The notes beneath the pieces are model-generated. The model saw nothing but the letters and a program-made list of their open reading frames with translations, made no database searches and was not told the DNA's origin. From Eledone cirrhosa (lineage: Eukaryota), in contig OZ024740.1 in NCBI GenBank assembly GCA_964016885.1, positions 45,694,001-45,758,000 of the forward strand: a stretch of DNA of 64,000 bases, in the 5' to 3' direction. A program made the translations under genes and the position numbers. Below, piece by piece: positions 49,284 through 61,037 of the stretch; the first letter of the stretch is position 1; every line of letters starts with the position of its first letter.

Positions 49284-50090
49284 CCTGGGTCAAGCGAAGA
49301 CCGAAGAAGATGGGTGCCTGGCACATTGAATGCGCCCAGGCGCTCACAGTCCTCTGTCAAGCGGGCACAGCAATCAATGGAGACTCCACTTCGACATTCT
49401 ATAGAGGGTTAGTACTTTACAAGTGCGACGACGTGCTCGGGGAGACTCCAGGCATCGAAGACGACGAGCTCACCAGTCTGTTCGGTAGGACTTTCTGCCC
49501 GGGACCTATGGATAACTTCCAGAGGTCCCTGGCCTGGCAGTGCTACCGAGGAGCTCTACCCGTTCGAGATAAGATCTACAGACACGGACGTCCCGGCAGG
49601 GATCCTTCCAAGAGGACGTATCAAAGATGCGAGCAGGACATTGAAACTGTCTTGCACGCCATTGTACACTACCCGGGCGTAAGCGACCTGTGGAACTATG
49701 CAGAACAACTGCTGTCGCGTATGGGACACATCCAGTTGACTTCCGAGTCCATAGTAAGGATCAAACCGCCAGCCTCTTTCAAAAACGAAAGAGAGGCGGT
49801 TTTCCTCTGTACAGTGGCTATGGTGAAAAAGGTTATATGGTGGACGAGATTGAGAGGACTGAGGACAGATGCCTTTCTCTCCGGACAACAATTGATTCCC
49901 TTCTTTAAGTATCACTTTAGAAGAAGAATCAGAGTGGAGAGAGAGGCACTGCATCCCAGTAAATTTACTGAAAGGTGGGTGAATGAAGCGAAAATGGCCC
50001 GAGTGATTGGGCCTTCTCTGTTTATAAGCCTGTAGGTTAAATAAGAGAGTAAAAGGAAGAACGGAGCACTTGCACAACACGCTCCTGAAG
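49284..50090 (+). mobile_element. Tx1/L1-clade LINE, diverged copy 3 (ORF2 C-terminus; canonical 3' end absent)
   Basis: WVKRRPKKMGAWH...PGPMDNFQRSLAWQCYR...GPSLFISL is homologous to but clearly diverged from copy 2. Confidence 0.88.
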
Positions 50091-50289
50091 TTAAATATAG
50101 AGTTTGAGAGAAATTTTATTGCTATTTTCTAGCAGGTCAAGCGACATGTAGACATGTCGTTGCTCTGATGTTGACTCAGGAAAAGTTATGTATGTTTCGT
50201 GCTAAAATTCAGTTTCATTGTACATCAAAGCTGATAAGCCCTAAATGTAACTGACAAAGCTACATACCCTTAATGTGAATCACAGAGCT

Positions 50290-51210
50290 ATCATGCCCTA
50301 GATGGGATCTCCAAGGATAACATAGCCTAGATGTGATCCCCAAGAATAACCTAGTCCAGATGTGATCCCCAAGAATAACCTAGTCCAGAAGTGATCCCCA
50401 AGAATAGTCTACTCCAGATGTGATCCCCAAGAATAACATACCCTGGATGTGATCCCCAAGAATAAAATAGTCCAGATGTGATCCCCAAGAATAACCTAGT
50501 CCAGATGTGATCCCAAAGAATAACATAGCCTAGATGTGATCCCCAAGAATAACCTAGTCAAGATGTGATCCCCAAGAATAACATAGCCTAGATGTGCTTC
50601 TCAATGATAACATAGCCTGGATGTGATCCCCAAGAATAAAATAATCTGGATGTGATCCCCAAGAATAACATAGTCTGGATGTGATCCCCAAGAATAAAAT
50701 AGTCCAGATGTGATGCTCATAGTCGGTATGTGAATCACAGGGCTGCCAGGACCTAGATGTGATCGCCAAAGATAACATACTCTGAATGTGATCTCCAAGA
50801 ATAACATACCTCAAATGTGGTCCCTAAGGCTGTCACAGCCTGTTTAGGAATCACATAGATGCAGTTCACAGGGCTGAGACAGTGTATATGTGAATTACAG
50901 AGTTGAGATACCCTATATGTAGTTCACAGAACTAGTATAGTAAAGAGTATGTGAATCACAGGGTTTAGAGAGGGGATATGTGAATCACAGGCCTGACATA
51001 TATTTGTGAATCACAGGGTTTAGAGAGGGGATATGGGAATTACAGGGCTGATATAGTGTATATGTGAATCACAGGGTTGAGAGAGAGGATATGTAAATTA
51101 AAGGGCTAACAGTTTATATGTGAATTACAGGGTTGAGTTAATAGATATGTGAATCACAGGGCTGGCATAGTGTATATGTGGACAGTACGGCTGAGATAGT
51201 GTCTGTGATT
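50290..51210. repeat. Two adjoining ~29-30-bp minisatellites (GATGTGATCCCCAAGAATAACATAGCCTA; ATATGTGAATCACAGGGCTGAGATAGTGT)
   Basis: First unit at ~50290-50830, second at ~50840-51210. Both share ATGTGA. Confidence 0.85.
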
Positions 51211-51761
51211 CACGTAACGATGTTTCCATTAGTCCCCTAACAAATCAACGTGTTTTGAAAGGCACTGCCCTGCTCTCATGTACCTATAGGCGATGAAAGA
51301 GCTTCCGCATTGTCGTTCAACCCCCTAGAAATAGCAGCCTAATTACACTCAAATCCCGTCCTGTTGTATCATATTAGAATAGAATATATTAGTCAGTGGG
51401 GCCCTTCATATCTCTTAAAAGACGGGATAGCTATGGATGGAATAATTTTTTATCATAAGTCTACTTAATTATTGCAGACCTGGGGGTGAATAACCACCAC
51501 CACCACCACCACCATTTCCATATACACATAGCTATGACATATATACACTATATACTTAAAATCAATTAAATCAACACACATACATAAAACCAATAAACCA
51601 CACTTTTTTATCACTGGAATTTTAATACAACATTCCAATTGGATGATATTCGTTAATTAAAAAAAATAGATGTTTCTTAATTAGTCATTAAAATCGTTTA
51701 ATCAAGAATTTTAATTTGTTTCCGTGGACTTGACAGAATGGAAAAAATATCGCGTGGAAGG

Positions 51762-51856
51762 TATATAAAGGGCTGCAAAGTTGTCGAAGTGTGATTACTG
51801 AACCAGTAGCCTGCCATAGTAGCTGATCTTTCTCATCTGACCAATTTCGACGAAAG
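51762..51856 (+). promoter_or_regulatory. Candidate reflectin TATA box and short non-coding first exon
   Basis: TATATAAAG at 51762 in non-microsatellite context. AAG|GTGAAA donor at 51856/51857. Matching T-rich TTTCAG| acceptor at 54804, 19 nt before the ATG. The pairing is an inference. Confidence 0.45.
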
Positions 51857-53122
51857 GTGAAACACTTTATATATATTCTCTTATATAACTTTTCTCTCTT
51901 TCTCTTAGCTGCTAACTTCACCGAACTTACAATAATTTCCTAGTTCAGTCATGACTTTAAATTTCATTTTCTGATATTTCAGATTTCATTGAGCCCCGTA
52001 AAAAAACTAACAAATGATTCAGATTATAAGTATTTAACTTTTAAAAGGAAAGGGTTTGATAAACGGTTCGGTCCAAGGAAACTATGTTTCCATTGGTTTT
52101 TACATTGCCTATTCTGTCTGCCAGTCGTAACTCCTGGCAGAAGAAAAGGGACCGATCATTAGATCAGACAAAGGGAACTTTGTTTCCTTTAGCCTCTCCG
52201 TTACTGATATTATCTGACGGTCACATCTCCTGACAAAAAGAAAGGGATTGATCTTATGATTAATAAGATTGAAATGTATTTAGAACATTATTTTTCTTCT
52301 ACATTAAACCCTTTTGTGACAATGTTTCTCATGAAATATGCTCCATTTCAATTAATTATTGAAGAATTTTGAAGGATTTACTCAAATTATTAATTATTTC
52401 ATTACTAAGATAGTTACTTAATATATGGTTCTTATATAAAACAATCTTGGGCGAATATAATTTAAATAGGAACCCTTTAAAAACATTTATAATTTTTTCA
52501 GTAATAATATTTTGATGTGGCATGTTCTTATTTTGGTACAGTATATTTTGAAGCGATAAGGTAACTTTAGTGGAATATGCATTGAGGTTTGGTTTTAAAA
52601 ACATGTCTTTTGTGAACAATAGCGTCGTGAATTATAGCTTTCCAACGAGCCAATCAATGGTTGACAGCATTTCGTGTGGCGAGAGTCTTATGCCGTTCGC
52701 ACGAAATAAATACCAGCTTACCAGTTTACCTTTTTTGTCATCAATGTGTGTATCTTTCGCAAAACAAACACACACATACACGTTGATAGCACACATATCT
52801 TTACATGGCAGACTTCCAGACAGTTTTCGTTTAGCAAATTATCTCACAAAGTACTAATAAATTTCAAGGCAATGATAAATGACACTGGCATAGAGATCGA
52901 AACTGGAAGCAGGTGGTTGAAAAACGAGTTTCTTAACCACATAGCGATACTTGCTTTACTCTAGAATAGTCATTTTTTTCTGTCGTGCGTTATTTTTTAT
53001 CATACAGTAAGAGGTTCTCCATTAGTTTCATAGTTTAAGTAGCATTGCTTAAATATACTTTTAAATGCATGGACTAACAACTAATTTTTGTAAATATTTA
53101 AACACACATTTTCTCTGACCCC

Positions 53123-53158
<36 letters not shown>

Positions 53159-53384
53159 TTTTTCTTTCTTTCTTTCTTTCTTTCTTTCTTTCAATCTATC
53201 TATCTATCTTTCTTTCACCTTTTCTTTCTCTTTCTCTTTCTCTTTCTTTTTCTCTTTCTCTTTCTCGTTCTCTCTATAGTTTTGCAAGAGATGTCAACAT
53301 GAATGGACCTGTTATTTTTATCTAAAGACATTTTTTCCAATTCCAACCCACCCGTCCCCTCAATCTATCTTATTTCTCATTCTT

Positions 53385-53420
53385 TCTTCTGATAAAGAAC
53401 TAGCGTCCGAAACGTTAAGA
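53385..53420 (+). ncRNA. Degenerate minimal hammerhead (Penelope pLTR remnant)
   Basis: TCTT-CTGATAA-A-GAAC-TAGC-GTCC-GAAA-CG-TT-AAGA. Core G-to-A change and a stem II mismatch, so probably inactive. Confidence 0.5.
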
Positions 53421-53473
53421 CCCTCTTCCTGCTATATCAAGCGTTAACCTAATATATCGCTTCCATATACTGT

Positions 53474-53517
<44 letters not shown>

Positions 53518-54317
53518 TCGTCCTCTACAATTATTACAAGTCAACAGATTTTGACTTAATTCCTCATCAACCCGCCATTTAATATAATCTCCTGGTCCTT
53601 GGGATCTTTTAACACAATGATTCCCTACATTTTCACTGTCAAGAACCCTAGCTACAATTACTCTCTTCATAAATTGTTATACGCTTGATAATAATAACTG
53701 AAAGAAAGAAATGTTTATACTTAAAACGAATACATACTCCATAGTGGAAGTGTATTTTGTTTTTAACAAAGTACTTGGAATTTTGAACTTAACTCATGGA
53801 CCCCTATTTCTGCCTTCATGGATCACTAGGGGTGTCCACAGAACCTTTGTTGGGGAACTGTTGCTTTGGCAGAATCATCCTCCACCCCACAGTCGGTTTG
53901 GAGATAAATTCCGCTTGTCCTCTTTCCAGTCATGCAGAATCTAAAACCAGTTCTATAAATTCATGAAAAATCCCCAGATAACTGTAAATACTTATTTAAC
54001 TTAATTCTTAGCTGATATCGTGAAGAGCTCACATTAGTTTCATTGTTCCAAGGGCGGTGGATTGGCAGTATCGGTTAACTTTGCTTTCATCCTTATGGGG
54101 TCGATAAAATAAAGTACCAGTGATGTACTGAGATAATTGCTGACCTTGTGCCAAAAGTAGAAACAATTATATTAATTGTTCCCCAGGTAACCAGCATGTT
54201 ATTTTCAGGAGATGTGAAATTGAGAAGGTGTAATATATGATGGCAATTGTAGAGCAGTATTTAGTTTTCAGTGGCAGGAATATTGAATAAGATAGCAACA
54301 TTTTCGCGATAATTAAT

Positions 54318-54560
54318 TGACAGTGTGTCATATGTTGACTCAATGTCATATGTTCACACTGTGACGTACGTTGATGTGTGTCATATGGTGACAGTATGTC
54401 ATCCGTTGACAGTCATATGCCGACACTGTGTTATATGTTGACATTGTGTAATATGATGACACTGTGTCATATACTAACATTGTGTCATATGATATCACTA
54501 TGTCATATGTTGACAGTCTGTCATATGTTGAAACTGTCATATGTTGACAGTGTGTCATAC
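54318..54560. repeat. ~19-bp minisatellite (TGTCATATGTTGACA[C/G]TG[TG])
   Basis: About 12 units. The unit is quasi-palindromic (TGTCA...TGACA). Confidence 0.85.
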
Positions 54561-54823
54561 GTTACTAATTATCGCTGAAAAAGATGTGAGATTCACGACT
54601 TCACATATCTCTTATGATATGAACTTTAGATGTTCGCTTCCCAGTCATAAGACATGGGATTCTACTCCATTGAGTAGTGCTTGAATAAATATTATTTACC
54701 ATAGTCTATTTCCCAATCTTTTATAGATACATTTTCTGTTGTTATTTTCCTTGTATGAATGACATTTTTTTTTTTTTAAATTAAATATTTTATATTTATT
54801 TCAGTCATACCTCTATTTCAAAA

Positions 54824-55930
54824 ATGAACCGACTCATGAATAGATTCCGTCACCATTTCAATTTCGGTAGAAAATACAGAGGAATCATGGAACCAATGAA
54901 CATGATGTCCATGGATTTCCAAGGTAGATACATGGATTCTTATGGAAGAATGGTGGACCCTAGATACTATGAATTCTACGGCAGATATTCTGACAACGAT
55001 AGATACTATGGTAGATCTATGTACAACTATTACGGTTTCTATGATAACGATAGGTACAATAGATATGGTAATTTCATGGACTTCCCAGAGAGGTTTATGG
55101 ATATGTCCGGATATCAAATGGACATGAATGGAAGATGGATGGACATGCAAGGATCTAACTCCAGCCCTTACTGGCATATGTTCCACTCTTCAAGACAAGG
55201 CTACTACCCTGGTTACCAATATGGTCGTAACTGGTTCTTCCCCGAGAGATTCATGGACATGTCCCACTACCAGATGGACATGCAAGGCCGATACATGGAC
55301 AGATATGGACGTCAATGTAACCCTTATAACAACTACTATAGGCGTCATATGTATTATCCATACATGAATTACTACCAAATGTACTATCCTGAGAGATTCA
55401 TGGATATGTCCAGCTACCAGATGGACATGAATGGTCGTTGGATGGATATGTATGGTCGTTATTCTAGCCCTTACTACAGCTACCATGGCAGATTCCACCA
55501 TAACTACCCTTATTATAACTACAGCTGGGGACAAAGATCTTTCAACTACCCAGAGAGGTATTATGATATGGGAAGCTACCAGATGGATTTTGATGGTCGT
55601 TGGATGGATATGCACCACCGTCACTGCAGTCCCTTCTTCAACTACTATGGCAGGTACCACCATAACTACCCTTATTACAACTACAGCTGGGGACAAAGAT
55701 CTTACAACTACCCCGAAATGGATTTTGAATACCACTCCATGAATGGTAACCACAACTACCCCTATAGCAATGGCAGGTATTACAACTATTACAACTACAG
55801 CCCTTTCTACAACTATCAAAGATACTCCGATATGTCCAACTATCAGATGGATTTCAGTGGTCACTGGATGGATATGAATGGCCGCTACATGAATCACTTT
55901 GACCGTTGGTACAACGAATATTACTATTAA
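54824..55930 (+). CDS. Reflectin (cephalopod structural-colour protein), 368 aa, uninterrupted CDS
   Basis: N-terminal reflectin motif MEPMNMMSMDFQGRYMDSYGRMVDP. Repeated PERFMDMSxYQMDMxGRWMD motifs. Extreme Y/M/R/G/D/N bias with almost no A/I/L/K. AAAATG start context. Confidence 0.97.
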   Translation: MNRLMNRFRHHFNFGRKYRGIMEPMNMMSMDFQGRYMDSYGRMVDPRYYEFYGRYSDNDRYYGRSMYNYYGFYDNDRYNRYGNFMDFPERFMDMSGYQMDMNGRWMDMQGSNSSPYWHMFHSSRQGYYPGYQYGRNWFFPERFMDMSHYQMDMQGRYMDRYGRQCNPYNNYYRRHMYYPYMNYYQMYYPERFMDMSSYQMDMNGRWMDMYGRYSSPYYSYHGRFHHNYPYYNYSWGQRSFNYPERYYDMGSYQMDFDGRWMDMHHRHCSPFFNYYGRYHHNYPYYNYSWGQRSYNYPEMDFEYHSMNGNHNYPYSNGRYYNYYNYSPFYNYQRYSDMSNYQMDFSGHWMDMNGRYMNHFDRWYNEYYY

Positions 55931-57304
55931 ACATCAAACATTAAATGGCTGGCTAAACTTTTGAACATTTAAATCGGAATCGAAAGAAACGTTATAATAT
56001 TATGTTTATGGAAATGATGAATCGTTAGTATAGTGAACCACATGTCAAACAACTGAAATTTCCTGAATTCAAATAACAAGTAAAATTACTTTGAATTAAA
56101 AGAAAATACTTGCCCTTTCTGTACGAACTGAGTCAAACTTTCCATTTGTATTTGCTCCAAAGGTGCATCAATCTTAATTTTACAAATGTTACTACAATGC
56201 CAAGAACTGTACTGAGAAAATATCCAAAGAAGAATATGATATTCTAAATTAAGAAACCTCTTTAGACTATCTATTCCATGAAAGAAATGTGAAGATCCTA
56301 GTTATATATTGGAGAATGCAACATCATCGTATGTTTTATTTTACAGGAATTTCAAATTGATATGTTGTTTAAACTTGAATCTAAATTCAATTGTACTAAG
56401 AGAATATGATTAAAAATCTGCTTTTTTGACCTCATTTTTGTCTTCCTGGTTATTATTTTTCTTATGTTTTGCAACTGCTTTTTTATCTTTATTTTCCTTT
56501 TTTAAAAATATATCTAAATGAAAATACATAAAGAAATTTATGGAAAAAATTTGGTGTGGCAAACAAATTTTGAATTTTAGTTTAGATTTGGTACGAAGAG
56601 TGAGATTATTGTTTCTTTTACTGGTTTCATTCATTAGACAGCGGCCATGCTAGGGCACCACTTCAAATCTGGTACATGTTCTAGCTATCTCTTTTTGTCG
56701 AACCACGACGTTACAGGAAATAAAAAAAACAAGTAAAAAAACAAGTAAAAACACACACACACACACACACACACGTAAGTATATACAACGGTCTTCCATA
56801 TACTTTTCGTGAACGAAACTTCATTCAATCCAACGTTATTGTAGTGGATGCGCAATGGGAGTGAACCCTTAACCACGTGATTGTGTGACAAGTTCCTTAA
56901 GATTGGGAGACAAGTTCCTTAACCACACAGCTATCCCTGTGCCTTTATTAAAACTATAAAAAGAAACACTGTAATGTTTATGTATAATGTTTTCTATTTT
57001 AGACACAAAATCCGCAATTTGAGTGGGTAGAACAAAATAAATTATATCGACCCCGGTACATGATTGGTACTTTATTTTATCAACCCCAGATGGATGAAAG
57101 ACAAAGTTGACCTCCGTGGGTTTTGGAACCAGAACGCAAAAAGACTGAACAAGACACATTTTACTCATATAATATAAACATTAGCATGTGTATATATCAT
57201 ATCAACATTAGATTATATTTTCAGATTAAATACCACCAAAATATAGTTAAGCTATAACAGCGTATTTGATAAAAATTGATAAATTCTGGCATACTACTGT
57301 AAGC

Positions 57305-57747
57305 TAACCCTTTCATTACCATATTTCTAATGAAAGACATTGTTTATGTCATTAACCCATTTCATTACCATATGTTTAATGAAAGACACTGCCTATGTCA
57401 GTAACTCTTTCGTTACCATATCTCTAATGAAAGACACTGCCTATGTCTTTAGCCCTTTCGTTACCATAGTTTTAATGGAAAACACTGCTTATGCCTTTAA
57501 CCCTTTCTTTTCTATATTTCTAATGAAAGACATTGTCCTTGATTTTTAAATAATTTTGAAAATAATAAAAAAAATTCGATAAATTTAGTAAAATAACTAA
57601 CTTTCTCATTATTATGTATATATTTGGAACATAACTTAAAATGTTCTTACATAAGATTATGATGGAAGGATTTTACATGAATTTTACACTTTAAAACAAA
57701 CAACTTTGTATCATAGTACCAGGAGCGGTTGGTATTGAAAGGGTTAA
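57305..57747. mobile_element. piggyBac-like MITE whose left end is tandemly amplified (48-bp unit, ~5 copies)
   Basis: Left (T)TAA|CCCTTTCATTACCA and right TGGTATTGAAAGGG|TTAA are inverted. The left-end 48-mer repeats at 57305-57540. A related fragment lies at ~52305. Confidence 0.65.
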
Positions 57748-58741
57748 TTGATCATGCCTAGGTGAATATAGAACAGTGAAGTCCTAAACAACATTGAGAT
57801 CCCACACCGACGCTCTGGCAAAATCTACTACCTCATACCACTTGTAACAGCATCGTTTCTTACAAAAATAACGCTACATACAACCAACATGATGTAGACA
57901 ACACAACACAGCTTTATGTTTACACACGAGTGAAATAAACCGTATTTCTTACCTGAGAACTTGTGATCGATGATGCAGACCGTAGATCAATCATCGGTTA
58001 TAACTGATTAGTTATATTAGTTTAAATTTGAATGACTTGTTTTGTGAGTATATAGAAAAAGGTAACAGTGTTAGTGACTACAGGCATCTTAAGTCAGGTG
58101 GTGATTACAACAACAATGGCTACCACTAGCAAACAGAATGGTAATAATGTTAACGAGAATATCAAATGTATACGTGGTAAAAGTTTTCAAATATAGAAAC
58201 AGTTGAATTTATGCCAGTCTGCTGCTAACTGGTAATTTTATAACAGCCGACCATTGCTCTTTACAAAACTTTTATTTACCACTGATATGAATCAGCAGTA
58301 GAACAGAATGTAAACTGGTAAAATTCTCTATGTGGTTGAGAGGAAGATTTGTAAAACTGCTTAGATCAGCTAATCTATACGACACTAGACGACATACACA
58401 CAAACACATACATACATACACACATACACACACACACACAAATATACACACATACATACACACATACAAACACACAGAAACACACAGATACACACGTGCA
58501 CGCATAAACACTCACGCACACGCACACACACAGTTACACGCACGCAAACACATATATGTGTGCACATGAACACACACAGATATAGACATACGTACACACA
58601 TACATACACACAAATATGCACACATACATACACACATATATGCACACATACATACACACACGCACACACATACAAGCACAAGCATGCGCTCCACACGCAC
58701 ATACGCGCGCGCCACGCGCACACAACGCAGAAACACATTCA

Positions 58742-58778
<37 letters not shown>

Positions 58779-59039
58779 TGACACACGCATACACACTCTC
58801 ACACACACATACATACATATACACCCATCCATACAAATACACAAATGCACAAACACAGACACACGCATGCAAGCACGGACCCTTAAATCCAGAGTGAGAT
58901 GATAGGGTGTCGTAGTATCCAGAACATTAAAACCTGACATGTTTCATTATCCTACATGTTTGAACACTGCCGAGTTTTTCCATAAAAAAAAACAAGAAAG
59001 CAAAATAGAGGAATTAAGAAAACGAAATAGAGGGGAAAT

Positions 59040-61012
59040 AACCTCAGTACTGGTTTGGTATTTTATTTATCGACCTTGATAGGATGAAAGACGACGCAGA
59101 TCGACCCTTCCCACACACATATAAAACTCACAATAACTATAATATTCCATTCTAGCATTGACACAAAGCCAGCAATTTAGGGGAAAGAGAAAGTCGATTA
59201 CATCTACCGTAGCACTTCACTGGTACCTTATTTTATCGACCCTGGAAAAATGAAAGGCCAAATAGAGCATAATGTGATTTGAACTCAGAACGTAGAAAGT
59301 CGTAAATAAATACCGCAGAGCATGTTGTCTGACATTTTACTAATATTGCCAATCAACCATTCTAAAAAAAACAAAAAAAAAACTGTCTCTACTTTTGGCT
59401 CAATGCTAGCAATTTGAAGGAAGGGAGATACTTAAATAAATCAATCCCAGTGCGTTATTGGTACTTTATTTTATCGATCCCGTAAAGATAAAAGACAAAG
59501 TTAACCTTGACGGGATTTGAACTCAGAACGTAAAGTGATGTAACAATATACCGCAAAGCATGTTGTCCGATGTCCTACAGATTCAGCCAACCTGCCACCA
59601 TCATGAACACAAAATAATGGTTTATGATTTAGGCACAAGGGCAGCAATTTTGGGGAGGTGAAAGTCGACTAAATCGACTCCAGTGCATTACTGGTGCTTT
59701 ATTTTATCGACACCGCAAGGCTGAAAGGCAAAGCTAACCTCGGCGGGATTTGAACTAAAAATAATGGTTTCTGATTTAGGCACAAGGCCAACAATTTTAG
59801 GGGAGGTGAAAGTTGATTAAATCGACCCCTGTGCATTATTGGTACTTTATTTTATCGATCCCGTAAAGATGAAAGGCAAAGCTAATCTCGGCGGGATTTG
59901 AACTCAAAGTAATTATTGCCAGCAATTATCCCAGTGCATTATAAGTACTTTATTTTTTCGACCACGTAAGGATGAAAGGCAAAGTTAACCTCGGCGGGAT
60001 TTGAACTCGGACCGTAAAGGGCCGTAACTTTGTGCTGCAAAGCATAGCGTCCGATCCTCTACCGATACTCCCAATCCAGTTGGTTTCTTTTATTGGTCTC
60101 AAGACCATACGAGTTTGGGAACAATACAAGGACAAAAAACAACACAAATCAAACCAAAATGGAGTTTACATCGAGTGTAGAGAGAAGGGGGTAAATTTAA
60201 AACAGACAGAATGTTAGCAGTTTAGTGGGGGAGGGGAATGTTGATTACTTGGACCTCAGTACTTAACTAGTACTTTATTTTATAGAACCGAAAGTATGAA
60301 AGGCCAGCAATTTCAGGTGAGAGGAAAGTTATTTAAATCAGCCCAGCACGTGATAGGTACTTTATTTTATCGACCCCGGAAGTATGAAAGGCCAAGGTCA
60401 TCACTGCGGAATTTGAACTCAGGATGTAAAGTGCTGGGATTCGGTGCCATAACAATACTGTCAATCCACACACATACACATACACACGCATTTACACACA
60501 TATATATATATAGTTAGTCCATTTAATCACACTAGTTTCACCACACACACATACTCATACACACACAGACACACAAGCATATTTTGTGCGTGTGCATTTA
60601 ACCACACCAGTTTCACCACACACACACACACATATATTTAGACTATTTAACCACGCTAGTTTTATCACGCACGCACACATACACATACACGCACATACAC
60701 ACACATACACATACACATACACATACACGCACATACACACACACACACATACACATACACGCACATACACACACATCACAGGCACAATACACACACATAC
60801 ACACCGAAACATACACACAGACATAATAATTGTTTCTACTTTAGGCACAAGGCCAGCAATTACCCAGTGCATTACTGGTATTTTATTTTATCGACCCCGT
60901 AAGGATGAAAGACAAAGTCAACCTCGGCGGGATTTGAACTCAGATCGTAAAGGGACGTAACTATGCTGGAAAGCATGGCGTCCGACTCTCTACCGATACT
61001 GCCAATCCACTA
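59040..61012 (-). mobile_element. Dense same-orientation cluster of family A SINE copies and partials
   Basis: About 8-9 occurrences of GTACTTTATTTTATCGA..GATGAAAGGCAAAG..GATTTGAACTC within 2 kb. Confidence 0.85.
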
Positions 61013-61037
61013 ATAATATCACACAGACACACATATG

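Noticed and set aside
55190-55897. 235-aa antisense ORF (and 54818-55186) over reflectin
   Set aside because: Shadow of reflectin's biased codon usage. No independent features.
54824-55930. Direct evidence for a bacterial-transposon origin of reflectin
   Set aside because: The YMDMSGYQ-like core is present (FMDMSGYQ), but no TIRs, TSDs or bacterial sequence were seen flanking the CDS.
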